NCBI RefSeq assembly: GCF_000026545.1
Contig: NC_011601.1
Source: Escherichia coli O127:H6 str. E2348/69
GTDB taxonomy: Bacteria; Pseudomonadota; Gammaproteobacteria; Enterobacterales; Enterobacteriaceae
Strand: one strand, 5' to 3'
DNA length: 64,000 nucleotides
Below, piece by piece: positions 1 through 8,979 of this stretch. The number at the start of each line of letters is the position of its first letter. The stretch's first letter is position 1. The position numbers and the translations under genes were made by a program. The notes under the pieces are model-generated. The model saw only the letters and a program-made list of their open reading frames with translations. It was not told the origin of the DNA and made no database searches.

Positions 1-74
1 TGCGTGTTTTTATTTACTGGAGTCTGCAGGAGCTGGAGTTATAATGCCATTAGCTCTGCTAGAAACTGCAAACT

Positions 75-1049
75 ATGAGGAGTAGCAAAGTGCACTCAGA
101 AGAATTAAAAAATACACTTGGATTAGCTATTCAAATCGGGAAGCTAGCATCTGATCAAAGTGTATTAAAATTCTTTGAGCTTATCGATTTTGATGTTATT
201 CGTGATATACGCGACTTAACTGAGATGGTTAATAGCCACGGGTTTCTAAAAGATAAAATATCTGAGACTGATTTTCTAATAGCGAACGCTGAATTGGAGA
301 ACCACCATGTTAATGGTGTGGAGCTAATACCATATGGGTCTGAATTCTATCCTCTTAGTTTAGCTTTTACTCCTAATCCACCATCAATTCTCTACATAAA
401 AGGGGATAAAAGTATACTCAAAGAATTGCCGGGTGTCGCAATTGTAGGATCCCGTGATACCTCCCCTGCAGGGGAAGAAATAACGAGGCGGATCACTAAT
501 CAGATAGTGTCTGCTGGGTATATTGTTGTAAGTGGGTTAGCAATAGGCACTGATGCGAATGCCCACAAGGCAACGTTACAGGCAAAAGGAAAAACCATTG
601 CTGTCTTGGCGCATGGTCTTGAGGAGGCTAAGCCGAAGCAAAACAGTCGACTTGCTCAAGAGATTCTGGATAAAGGTGGTGCATGGATTTCTGAGTATCC
701 TATGGGTCGGCCGGCCCAGAAACAATCATTTGTACAAAGAAATCGGATACAAGTTGGATTATCTGCAGGTTCAATTTTAATCGAGGCTGCGTTAAATAGC
801 GGAACGATAACTCAAGCTGAGTTTGCAAATAAGGCGAAAAGACCAGTGTTTGCGGTTGTACCTCACCTACCTAATAATCCGCTTAATCTTAATTGTGAGG
901 GAACAGTTGATTTAGTTAAGAGCAACATGGCTAGAGCGCTAAAAACAAAACGGGATTATGATGATGTGATTATGATCATAAATGAGTCCCGGGAGTATTT
1001 GTTAGAGCTAAAATGGCCAGGGAAACAGAGTACATTAGACTTGATTTAA
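75..1049 (+). CDS. DprA/Smf-like (SLOG Rossmann-fold) protein, accessory cargo
   Basis: Translation carries the DprA signature (PPSILYIKGD...VAIVGSRDTSPAGEE...VVSGLAIGTDANAHKATL...RNRIQVGLSAG...PVFAV). Region is visibly AT-rich compared with the adjacent phage genes. Start may be the GTG at 90, which has a GAGGAG Shine-Dalgarno upstream. Confidence 0.6.
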   Translation: MRSSKVHSEELKNTLGLAIQIGKLASDQSVLKFFELIDFDVIRDIRDLTEMVNSHGFLKDKISETDFLIANAELENHHVNGVELIPYGSEFYPLSLAFTPNPPSILYIKGDKSILKELPGVAIVGSRDTSPAGEEITRRITNQIVSAGYIVVSGLAIGTDANAHKATLQAKGKTIAVLAHGLEEAKPKQNSRLAQEILDKGGAWISEYPMGRPAQKQSFVQRNRIQVGLSAGSILIEAALNSGTITQAEFANKAKRPVFAVVPHLPNNPLNLNCEGTVDLVKSNMARALKTKRDYDDVIMIINESREYLLELKWPGKQSTLDLI

Positions 1050-1052
1050 AGC

Positions 1053-1067
1053 GCCTCTTTTAGAGGC
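1053..1067. terminator. short perfect hairpin (GCCTCT-TTT-AGAGGC) between convergent DprA-like gene and Q
   Basis: 6-bp perfect stem with 3-nt loop seen directly; no clear U-tract, so terminator function is uncertain. Confidence 0.3.
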
Positions 1068-1073
1068 ACTTTG

Positions 1074-2102
1074 CTAAATTTGATATCTCTCGAATTTTAT
1101 AATTTCTTCACCGCTCCAATGATTAAATTCTTTCATTCTTTTTTGTAATGGTAATAATTCATTTTTCACAAATACCTTACTAGCTTTTTCTACATCCCCA
1201 AATCCCCCAACATTATTAGGCATTATCCCCATCATTTGTGGCGGCACACGATGCGCTGCCATCATGTCATCCCGACTCACGTTCTTGATGTTAAGAAATT
1301 CATCCTTCGCCGCGACTTCTGACAACGGGATGATCTGAAGCCCGTCCTTTTTGCCGTTAGGCGAGTACATAAACAGGTTGCGGAAGTTGCCAGGGCCTTT
1401 GGCGCTTTTCATCGCATTGCGGAGGTTGTTCACATCCTCCTGGTTCTGCGCGGCATCGGTCATGTACATGATGAAGCCTGCATGACTGCCGTTAATGTAA
1501 TACTTCCGGCGGAACAGCGTGGCGGACTCGTTGAGCAGGGCTGACGGAATGGCAGAAAGATAACCTGGCAGGCCGTAGATCTCCTGGTTGATGTCCGGTT
1601 CCATCAGATGAAAAATGCTGCCTTTCGTGAACTGATACGGCTGGGTTGTCATACCGTATTGCACAAACCAGTAGGTATCCAGGTCTAACCCGCGTCGGGT
1701 GTATTTTGCCAGAGCAGGCTCAAGGGCGATAACTTCACCGAAGCGGTTCGTGCGTTTCTCCAGGTAGGCGTTACCAAATACCAGATAGTCCTGCACAAAA
1801 CGTGAAAAAGCCTGCTGGCTGAGCAGCGGGTGAGGGATGTAGGTACTGGTCAGAATATTGCATTTCACCGCAATCGGTGAGCTGTGATGCACGGCGGCGC
1901 GAAAGGTGCGCGCCAGCCCGTCAAAACTCACTGGCGGCTCATACCATCGATCTGTCTGTACGCATTCCACATAGTCCAGCAGTTCACGGCGGTCCAGAAC
2001 AGGAACGGGATCGCCGAAGCTGAATGCTTCGGCTGAAGTCTGGCTTTTATGCTGGATCTGATTCATCGCCGCTACGCGGTTTTTTTTACTCTTTCCCATC
2101 AA
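1074..2102 (-). CDS. Q: portal protein (P2 gpQ-like)
   Basis: ~342 aa, position and orientation as in P2 (Q and P divergent from O); sequence recognised as P2 portal family. Confidence 0.9.
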   Translation of the reverse strand: MMGKSKKNRVAAMNQIQHKSQTSAEAFSFGDPVPVLDRRELLDYVECVQTDRWYEPPVSFDGLARTFRAAVHHSSPIAVKCNILTSTYIPHPLLSQQAFSRFVQDYLVFGNAYLEKRTNRFGEVIALEPALAKYTRRGLDLDTYWFVQYGMTTQPYQFTKGSIFHLMEPDINQEIYGLPGYLSAIPSALLNESATLFRRKYYINGSHAGFIMYMTDAAQNQEDVNNLRNAMKSAKGPGNFRNLFMYSPNGKKDGLQIIPLSEVAAKDEFLNIKNVSRDDMMAAHRVPPQMMGIMPNNVGGFGDVEKASKVFVKNELLPLQKRMKEFNHWSGEEIIKFERYQI

Positions 2103-3865
2103 AAAATCTCCACAATATTACTGGTATTGGCGGACTCGCCCTGCAGTGGTTCGTTAAACAGTGCGTGCATTGTTGCCCAGGCCAGATCGGCGTGGCTGGC
2201 TTCTTCGCTGCGGCTGGCTTCATAGGTCGGGCGGTTGCCACTGGCGGTGGTGGCGCGACGGATTGCCATAAATGACTGCGCTATGTCGGTGTGTCCGGCG
2301 TCAAACTCCAGACGGCGGTGGCTGATAATGTCGTAGGCCTTGAGTACCAGAGCGTTTTTAACGTTGGGGTTGTAGACAAACTCCCGGACGGCAGGAAAGA
2401 ACGCTTTCACGTTCTCATAAACCCCGTGACCGACGCCTGTCGAGTCGATGCCGATATAGGTCACGTTGTACTGCTCGGTCAGTTTTTTGATTGCATCAGC
2501 CTGGGCGCGGAAGTCCATCCCGCGCCACTGGTGACGCTCAAGAATGCGAAACTTACCGCCTGGCACGGCTGGCGGTGCCACCACCACGCATCCGGCGCTG
2601 TCGCCGTTCTGCGTACCTTTTGCCGGGTCATAACCGATCCACACCTCGCGCCAGCCAAACGGGCGCAGGGCCAGTGCATGAAAGTCGGTCCAGACTTCCC
2701 AACTGTCCACCATGCACGCCTGCAGTTCGCTGAGCGGGAACACGGACGCGAGATCGTCCACGAACTCGCACATCAGCAGGTTCTGGTATTCGTCCGGGCT
2801 GTACTCCATGCGTAGCTGGTCGAGGTCGAACAGGTTACAGCCGCCGCGCACCGCATCTTCCACGGTGACTATCTGGCGGTATTGCCCGTCTGCGCACAGC
2901 AGGCCGGGGGCCAGATTGTTGTGGGACAGGTCGATGTCCACCTTATCGGCTTTGTTGCGCCCACGGTTAAACAGCGCACCGGACCAGAACGGATAAGCAC
3001 TGTGTGTCAGGCTGGATGGCGTGGAAAAATAGGTTTGTCGCCATTTTTTGTGAATAGCCATACCGGAAGCCACTTTGCGCAGCTCCTGGAATTTCGGTAT
3101 CCAGAAATATTCATCCAGATACAGGTTGCCGTGGTAACTCTGGGCCGTGCGGGCATTGGTGCCGAGGAAGTACAGTGTGGCCCCGTTAGGAAGCACCATC
3201 GGATCGCCTTTCAGCTCCACCTCGACTTCTTTGGCGAAGTCGATGATGTACTGCTTAAAGACGTGGGCCTGAGCCTTGCTGGCGGAAAGGAAAATCTGGT
3301 TACGCCCGGTTAGCAGGGCGTCAATCAGGGCTTCACGGGCAAAATAGAAGGTCGCGCCGATCTGGCGTGACTTCAGCAGGTTGCGGATGCGGTTGGTTTT
3401 TCCGGCTTCCCACCAGTGGCGCTGGTAGTTGAACATGGAGGAATGGAAGATTTCTTCCAGCTTCTCAATCTGTTCATCGGTGAAAACGTTCTTTTCCGGC
3501 TGACGGCGCGGGCCTTTGTTGCGGTTGGCGACGTTAGGGTTTAAGTCGGCTTCGTTGCCGCCATTGTTAAACTTGCCGATCCGCGCATGGCGCTCCGACT
3601 GGCGCGCCAGCAGGTCAATCTCTTTGAAATCTTTCCCTTCTTTGTGCTCCTTCATAATGAGCTGACAGTAGCGTGCGGCGGTGGTGAGCTGCATCTGATC
3701 CAGCGGCCCATAGTCACCCCACTTGTCGCGTTTTTTCCAGCTGTGAACGGTTGCAACTTTCTCGCCCAGCATTTCAGCAATGCGGGCGACGCGGTATCCC
3801 TGAAAGTACAGCAGCATGGCCTGCCGACGGGGATCGAGATCTGCGGGTGTCAGTGTGGTGTTCAT
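2099..3865 (-). CDS. P: terminase large (ATPase) subunit (P2 gpP-like)
   Basis: 588 aa, overlaps Q by 4 nt, classic P2 Q-P operon arrangement. Confidence 0.9.
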   Translation of the reverse strand: MNTTLTPADLDPRRQAMLLYFQGYRVARIAEMLGEKVATVHSWKKRDKWGDYGPLDQMQLTTAARYCQLIMKEHKEGKDFKEIDLLARQSERHARIGKFNNGGNEADLNPNVANRNKGPRRQPEKNVFTDEQIEKLEEIFHSSMFNYQRHWWEAGKTNRIRNLLKSRQIGATFYFAREALIDALLTGRNQIFLSASKAQAHVFKQYIIDFAKEVEVELKGDPMVLPNGATLYFLGTNARTAQSYHGNLYLDEYFWIPKFQELRKVASGMAIHKKWRQTYFSTPSSLTHSAYPFWSGALFNRGRNKADKVDIDLSHNNLAPGLLCADGQYRQIVTVEDAVRGGCNLFDLDQLRMEYSPDEYQNLLMCEFVDDLASVFPLSELQACMVDSWEVWTDFHALALRPFGWREVWIGYDPAKGTQNGDSAGCVVVAPPAVPGGKFRILERHQWRGMDFRAQADAIKKLTEQYNVTYIGIDSTGVGHGVYENVKAFFPAVREFVYNPNVKNALVLKAYDIISHRRLEFDAGHTDIAQSFMAIRRATTASGNRPTYEASRSEEASHADLAWATMHALFNEPLQGESANTSNIVEIF

Positions 3866-3911
3866 GGCACAAACCTACAGCCTTGAATGAAGGCTTTCCC
3901 CGCCTGCGGTT

Positions 3912-3929
3912 TGTGTGGTTGTCGGTACA
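3912..3929. promoter_or_regulatory. TGT-N12-ACA dyad, candidate Ogr-dependent late promoter element for the O operon
   Basis: TGTGTGGTTGTCGGTACA lies ~80-95 bp upstream of the O start codon; P2 late promoters carry a TGT-N12-ACA element near -55. The pattern also occurs by chance, so the call rests on placement. Confidence 0.4.
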
Positions 3930-4007
3930 AATACCGCGCATTGTTTCACTGCCTCCATCACCGCAACCATAAGGCTCCAGTAAGTTTTTTCTAACGGAGC
4001 ACGGCTC

Positions 4008-4841
4008 ATGACAGTGAAAGCAAAGCGTTTTCGCATCGGGGTGGAAGGTGCCACCACCGATGGACGCGAAATCCAGCGTGAATGGCTGGAACAGATGGCA
4101 GCCAGCTACAACCCGGCGGTGTATACCGCGCTGATTAACCTTGAGCACATCAAGTCTTATCTGCCGGACAGCACCTTTAACCGCTACGGCAAGGTGACGG
4201 CGCTGTTTGCTGAAGAAATCACGGAAGGTCCGCTGGCAGGCAAGATGGCGCTGTATGCCGACGTTGAGCCAACGGAGTCCCTGGTGGAGCTGGTGAAAAA
4301 AGGCCAGAAATTATTCACCTCTATGGAAGTCAGCCCGAAGTTCGCTGATACGGGCAAAGCCTACCTGGTCGGCCTGGCTGCCACTGATGACCCTGCCAGT
4401 CTGGGCACTGAAATGCTGACATTCAGCGCCAGTGCAGCCCATAACCCGCTGGCAAACCGCAAGCAGAATCCTGCCAATCTCTTTACCGCTGCAGAGGAAA
4501 CGGTGATCGAACTGGAAGAAATCCAGGAGGACAAACCGTCCCTGTTTGCCCGTGTCACGGCGCTGTTCACCAAAAAAGAGCAGTCCGATGACGCCCGGTT
4601 CTCTGATGTGCATAAGGCCGTGGAACTGGTCGCCACTGAGCAGCAGAACCTGAGTGCGCGCACCGAAAAATCCCTGTCTGAGCAGGAAGAACGCCTGTCT
4701 GAGCTGGAGACTGCCCTGCAGGCACAGCTGACCGCCTTTAACGAACTGGTGGACAAGCTGAGCCATGAAGACAGCCGCCAGGACTACCGCCAGCGTGCAA
4801 CAGGCGGTAACGCCCCCGCTGACACTCTGACCAATTGCTGA
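4008..4841 (+). CDS. O: capsid scaffolding protein (P2 gpO-like)
   Basis: 277 aa, N-terminus MTVKAKRFRIGVEG resembles P2 gpO; synteny. Confidence 0.9.
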   Translation: MTVKAKRFRIGVEGATTDGREIQREWLEQMAASYNPAVYTALINLEHIKSYLPDSTFNRYGKVTALFAEEITEGPLAGKMALYADVEPTESLVELVKKGQKLFTSMEVSPKFADTGKAYLVGLAATDDPASLGTEMLTFSASAAHNPLANRKQNPANLFTAAEETVIELEEIQEDKPSLFARVTALFTKKEQSDDARFSDVHKAVELVATEQQNLSARTEKSLSEQEERLSELETALQAQLTAFNELVDKLSHEDSRQDYRQRATGGNAPADTLTNC

Positions 4842-4857
4842 TGGAGCACAAAACCTG

Positions 4858-5916
4858 ATGAAGAAGAATACCCGCTTTGCTTTTAACGCTTACCTGCAGC
4901 AGCTGGCGCGTCTGAACGGTGTGGCAGTTGAAGAACTGTCCAGCAAGTTCACCGTGGAGCCGTCCGTGCAGCAGACGCTGGAAGACCAGATCCAGCAATC
5001 CGCCGCATTCCTGACGCTGATTAACGTCACGCCAGTGACTGAGCAGTCTGGTCAGTTGCTGGGGCTGGGTGTTGGCAGCACCATTGCCGGAACCACTGAT
5101 ACCACCGCAAAAGAGCGTGAGCCTGTCGATCCGACGCTGATGGTCGATGTGGAATACAAATGCGAGCAGACCAACTTTGACACGGTGCTGACCTACGCGA
5201 AGCTGGACCTGTGGGCGAAGTTTCAGGATTTCCAGGTGCGTATCCGTGACGCCATCGTGAAACGTCAGGCACTGGACCGCATCATGATCGGCTTTAACGG
5301 CGTGAAGCGTGCGAAAACCTCCAACCGTAGTGAAAACCCGCTGCTGCAGGATGTGAACAAAGGCTGGCTGCAGAAAATCCGTGAGGATTCACCGGATCAC
5401 GTCATGGGCAGCACCACCACGGGCGGCGAAACCACACCGGGTGCGGTGAAAGTCGGGAAAGGTGGCGAATATGCCAACCTGGACGCTGTGGTGATGGATG
5501 CGGTCAATGAGCTTATCGACGTGGTCTACCAGGACGATGACGATCTGGTGGTGATTTGCGGTCGTGAACTGCTGTCTGACAAGTATTTCCCGCTGGTCAA
5601 CAAAGAGCAGGAAAACAGTGAAAAACTGGCTGCCGATATGATTATCAGTCAGAAACGCATGGGCGGTCTGCAGGCCGTGCGTGCGCCGTTCTTCCCGCCG
5701 AATGCGCTGCTGATCACCCGTCTGGATAACCTGTCCATCTACTGGCAGGAAGACACCCGCCGCCGTTCAGTTATCGACAACCCGAAACGTGACCGGATTG
5801 AAAATTTTGAATCCGTTAACGAAGCCTACGTGGTTGAGGACTACCGCTGCGCCGCACTGGTGGAAAACATCCAGATTGGCGACTTCAGCGCCGCCGCAGC
5901 AGAAACCGGAGCGTAA
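4858..5916 (+). CDS. N: major capsid protein (P2 gpN-like)
   Basis: 352 aa, strong resemblance to P2 gpN (RFAFNAYL...NGVKRA...VGKGG). Confidence 0.9.
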   Translation: MKKNTRFAFNAYLQQLARLNGVAVEELSSKFTVEPSVQQTLEDQIQQSAAFLTLINVTPVTEQSGQLLGLGVGSTIAGTTDTTAKEREPVDPTLMVDVEYKCEQTNFDTVLTYAKLDLWAKFQDFQVRIRDAIVKRQALDRIMIGFNGVKRAKTSNRSENPLLQDVNKGWLQKIREDSPDHVMGSTTTGGETTPGAVKVGKGGEYANLDAVVMDAVNELIDVVYQDDDDLVVICGRELLSDKYFPLVNKEQENSEKLAADMIISQKRMGGLQAVRAPFFPPNALLITRLDNLSIYWQEDTRRRSVIDNPKRDRIENFESVNEAYVVEDYRCAALVENIQIGDFSAAAAETGA

Positions 5917-5919
5917 TTC

Positions 5920-6570
5920 ATGAGCCTGAGTCCCGCACGGCAGCATCGCCTGCGCGTTCAGGCTGAACAGGCCGCTCGTGAGGGCGGCAGTGTTCGCCAC
6001 GCGTCGGGCTATGACCTGATGCTGCTGCAACTGGCGGAAGACCGCCGCCGTCTCAAGGGCGTTCAGTCCACGGTGAAAAAAGCGGAAATAAAGGTGGAGC
6101 TGCTGCCGAAATATGCCGCCTGGGCGGAGGGCGTCCTGGCTGCCGGAGGCGCTCAACAGGATGACGTGCTGATGTACGTGATGCTGTGGCGCATTGATGC
6201 CGGAGATTATGCCGGGGCGCTGGAGATCGGGCGTCATGCCCTGCGTCATGGCTGGGTGATGCCGCTGGGTAACCGCAACGTGCAGACCGTGCTGGCAGAG
6301 GAAATGGCAGATGCAGCGCAGAGCGCAATGCTTGCCGCCACCGGCTTTGATGCCGATCTGTTGCTGCAGACGCTGGAGCTGACAGACGGTCTGGATATGC
6401 CGGACCAGTCACGGACGCGTCTGCATAAAGCGATTGGCGCTGTCCTGAGTGAAAGCAATCCGGCTTCCGCCCTTAATCATCTCAACCATGCGTTACAGCT
6501 CGATCCCCGCTGTGGCGTGAAAAAAGACAAACAGCAGCTGGAGCGCAGACTGCGCAATGACAGCCGCTGA
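5920..6570 (+). CDS. M: terminase small subunit / endonuclease (P2 gpM-like)
   Basis: 216 aa, position after N; P2 gpM family. Confidence 0.85.
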   Translation: MSLSPARQHRLRVQAEQAAREGGSVRHASGYDLMLLQLAEDRRRLKGVQSTVKKAEIKVELLPKYAAWAEGVLAAGGAQQDDVLMYVMLWRIDAGDYAGALEIGRHALRHGWVMPLGNRNVQTVLAEEMADAAQSAMLAATGFDADLLLQTLELTDGLDMPDQSRTRLHKAIGAVLSESNPASALNHLNHALQLDPRCGVKKDKQQLERRLRNDSR

Positions 6571-6665
6571 CAGAACGTGCCCCCGCGCACGGGCGGCACG
6601 GGGTGGCGAAAGGCACTGCCACATCAAAACCCCGTCCACCGCCCTTTATTTCAGGAGAAAGCAGC

Positions 6666-7130
6666 ATGAAGTTTGTTGCGCCAGAACAGGCACCGGAACA
6701 GGCGGAAATCATCAGAAATACGCCGTTCTGGCCTGATGTGGACCTGTCGGAGTTTCGCAGTGTCATGCGCACTGACGGCACGGTGACGCAGCCGCGTTTA
6801 AAGCAGGTTGCGCTGTCGGCAATTTCGGAGGTCAACGCAGAGCTGTATGAGTTTCGCAGACGCCAGCAGATGCTGGGGTATGCCTCGCTGGCAGAAGTCC
6901 TGGCGGAACAACTGGACGGCAAAAGCGAGCGCATTCAGCACTATTTCAACGCGGTTTACTGCTGGGCACGCGCCATGCTCAACGAACGTTACCAGGACTA
7001 TGACGCCACGGCATCCGGTGCGAAGCGAGGCGAGGAACTGGCGGAAGCCAGCGGTGATTTATGGCGTGACGCCCGCTGGGCCATCAGCCGGGTGCAGGAT
7101 GCGCCGCACTGCACAGTGGAGCTTATCTGA
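6666..7130 (+). CDS. L: head completion/stabilisation protein (P2 gpL-like)
   Basis: ATG at 6666 preceded by AGGAGAAAG; the six-frame ORF begins earlier at 6603, but the homologous part starts MKFVAPEQ. Confidence 0.85.
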   Translation: MKFVAPEQAPEQAEIIRNTPFWPDVDLSEFRSVMRTDGTVTQPRLKQVALSAISEVNAELYEFRRRQQMLGYASLAEVLAEQLDGKSERIQHYFNAVYCWARAMLNERYQDYDATASGAKRGEELAEASGDLWRDARWAISRVQDAPHCTVELI

Positions 7131-7333
7131 TGAAAGTGCGTGCGCATCAGTATGACACGGTGGACGCACTTTGCTGGCGTCATTACGGGCGCACGCAGGG
7201 TGTCACGGAGCAGGTACTGAAGGCAAATCCGGGGCTTGCCGAATACGGCCCCTTTTTACCTCACGGGCTGCAGGTGGAGCTGCCGGACATTCCGACAACC
7301 ACCACCGTGCAGACCGTCCAGCTATGGGACTGA
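7130..7333 (+). CDS. X: tail protein X (P2 gpX-like)
   Basis: 67 aa, ATGA start/stop overlap with L; typical P2 gpX size and position. Confidence 0.8.
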   Translation: MKVRAHQYDTVDALCWRHYGRTQGVTEQVLKANPGLAEYGPFLPHGLQVELPDIPTTTTVQTVQLWD

Positions 7334-7336
7334 ATT

Positions 7337-7552
7337 ATGACGCTTGAGCGAATCAGCGCCTTTATCACGTATTGCATCGCCGTCGTGCTGGCCTGGCTGG
7401 GCGATTTGTCCATCAAGGATGCCTCAACGCTGGGCGGCCTGATGATCGGTGTGCTGATGCTGGCTATCAACTGGTACTACAAACACAAAGCCTACCAGCT
7501 TCTGCGCGACGGGCAGATCTCGCGGGAGGACTATGAATCCATCAATCGTTAA
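7337..7552 (+). CDS. small membrane protein, probable holin (pinholin-like)
   Basis: 71 aa with two hydrophobic segments, located immediately upstream of an endolysin that has an N-terminal signal-anchor-release segment. Confidence 0.6.
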   Translation: MTLERISAFITYCIAVVLAWLGDLSIKDASTLGGLMIGVLMLAINWYYKHKAYQLLRDGQISREDYESINR

Positions 7553-8045
7553 ACGCTGCCTTGTCGGGGCCGTGCTGGCTATTGCTGCCACGCTGCCGGG
7601 TTTTCAGCAGCTTCACACCTCCGTGGAGGGGCTGAAACTGATTGCCGATTACGAAGGCTGTCGTCTGCAGCCGTATCAGTGCAGCGCGGGTGTCTGGACC
7701 GACGGCATTGGTAATACGTCGGGCGTCATTCCGGGCAAAACCATTACGGAACGACAGGCAGCGGAAGGGCTGATCTCTAACGTGCTGCGTGTGGAGCGGG
7801 CACTGGAAAGGTGTGTGAAGCAACAGCCGCCGCAGAAGGTGTATGACGCTACGGTGTCGTTTGCCTTCAACGTGGGGACGGGCAATGCCTGCAGTTCCAC
7901 GCTGGTGAAATTGCTCAATCAGCGGCGCTGGGCGGATGCGTGCCGACAGTTGCCGCGCTGGGTTTATGTAAAAGGTGTTTTTAATCAGGGGCTGGATAAC
8001 CGCCGTGCGCGGGAGATGGCCTGGTGCTTACAGGGAGCAAACTGA
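7533..8045 (+). CDS. K: SAR endolysin (T4-lysozyme-like muramidase, GH24)
   Basis: Hydrophobic N-terminus (VGAVLAIAATLPG) followed by lysozyme motifs (EG..L.AY.D..GVWTDGIGNT). Confidence 0.8.
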   Translation: MNPSIVKRCLVGAVLAIAATLPGFQQLHTSVEGLKLIADYEGCRLQPYQCSAGVWTDGIGNTSGVIPGKTITERQAAEGLISNVLRVERALERCVKQQPPQKVYDATVSFAFNVGTGNACSSTLVKLLNQRRWADACRQLPRWVYVKGVFNQGLDNRRAREMAWCLQGAN

Positions 8046-8046
8046 A

Positions 8047-8424
8047 ATGAAAAAGAAATTAATCAGCGGGCTGTTTCTGATGTTATGGATGGCGCTGTTA
8101 ATCGCAGCAATGGTGTATCCGCATGGGATTTTTCCGGTACTGGCAGCGTCCGGCGTTTGGGTAGCCTGTTTGCTGACATGGGCGGTAATTCCGGTAGCAC
8201 TGGCTGCGTTAATTAAGAATGGCCCGCTCTGGCAGGAGTTGAGGGCATCTTTGCTGAAGAAAATTACCCGAAAAGAAAACGTATTTATCAGCTGGGTGAT
8301 GCGATTGCTGATTGTCGTCAGTCTCGCCTGGACGGGGTGGGCTATTACCCTGGTCTTTTATCTGCTGACCGTTATTGCCTTCTGGATCACCCGTAATCAG
8401 ATGGCGCAACAGGTAGCAGCATGA
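8047..8424 (+). CDS. lysA: LysA-like lysis-timing membrane protein
   Basis: ~125 aa multi-pass membrane protein from ATG 8047, positioned between endolysin and lysB as in P2. Confidence 0.6.
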   Translation: MKKKLISGLFLMLWMALLIAAMVYPHGIFPVLAASGVWVACLLTWAVIPVALAALIKNGPLWQELRASLLKKITRKENVFISWVMRLLIVVSLAWTGWAITLVFYLLTVIAFWITRNQMAQQVAA

Positions 8425-8849
8425 ACCGGTTGCTGCTGGTTGTGCTGACGTTATTACTGGCGGCGCTGGGCTGGCAGACGTGGCGGCTGGCTGATGCCAG
8501 CCGGACCATCACCACGCAGGCAGACGAGCTGCAGAGCAAAAGCCAGGCACTGGCAAAGAGCAACAGCCAGCTTATCAGCCTGTCCATTCTGACTGAAACC
8601 AATAACCGGGAGCAGGCGCGGCTCTATGCCGAAGCAGAACAGACCAGCGCGCTGCTGAGACAACGACAACACCGGATCGAGGAACTGAAACGTGAGAACG
8701 AGGATTTACGCCGCTGGGCTGATACTCCTTTGCCTGCTGACATTATCCGGCTGCGGGAACGTCCGGCACTTACCGGAGGTGCAGCTTACCGTCAGTGGTT
8801 GTCCGCGAGTGACGCCGTGTCGGCTGGAGCAGGCAGCGCCGCGCACTAA
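8421..8849 (+). CDS. lysB: LysB (i-spanin, Rz-like)
   Basis: 142 aa, N-terminal transmembrane segment then coiled-coil-rich periplasmic region; P2 lysB position. Confidence 0.75.
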   Translation: MNRLLLVVLTLLLAALGWQTWRLADASRTITTQADELQSKSQALAKSNSQLISLSILTETNNREQARLYAEAEQTSALLRQRQHRIEELKRENEDLRRWADTPLPADIIRLRERPALTGGAAYRQWLSASDAVSAGAGSAAH

Positions 8850-8979
8850 CGGTGATCTGAACGCAATGCTGGATGAAACGGAGGCCGCCTGGGCGGTCTG
8901 TGCAGACAAAGTGGACATGATTATTGCGTGTCAGGAGCGAAACAGTGAACAAACCACAATCCCTGCGCCACGCCCTTAA
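8692..8979 (+). CDS. lysC: LysC (o-spanin, Rz1-like lipoprotein) overlapping lysB in another frame
   Basis: 95 aa, lipobox LTLSGC, starts inside lysB out of frame, as in P2. Confidence 0.7.
   Translation: MRTRIYAAGLILLCLLTLSGCGNVRHLPEVQLTVSGCPRVTPCRLEQAAPRTNGDLNAMLDETEAAWAVCADKVDMIIACQERNSEQTTIPAPRP

Noticed and set aside
553-780. 75-codon ORF in an alternative frame inside the DprA-like gene
   Set aside because: Fully nested in another frame of a longer, better-supported ORF; no ribosome-binding site or features.
2291-3313. Several 80-170-codon plus-strand ORFs within the terminase gene region
   Set aside because: All overlap the minus-strand terminase P gene in antisense; no independent support.
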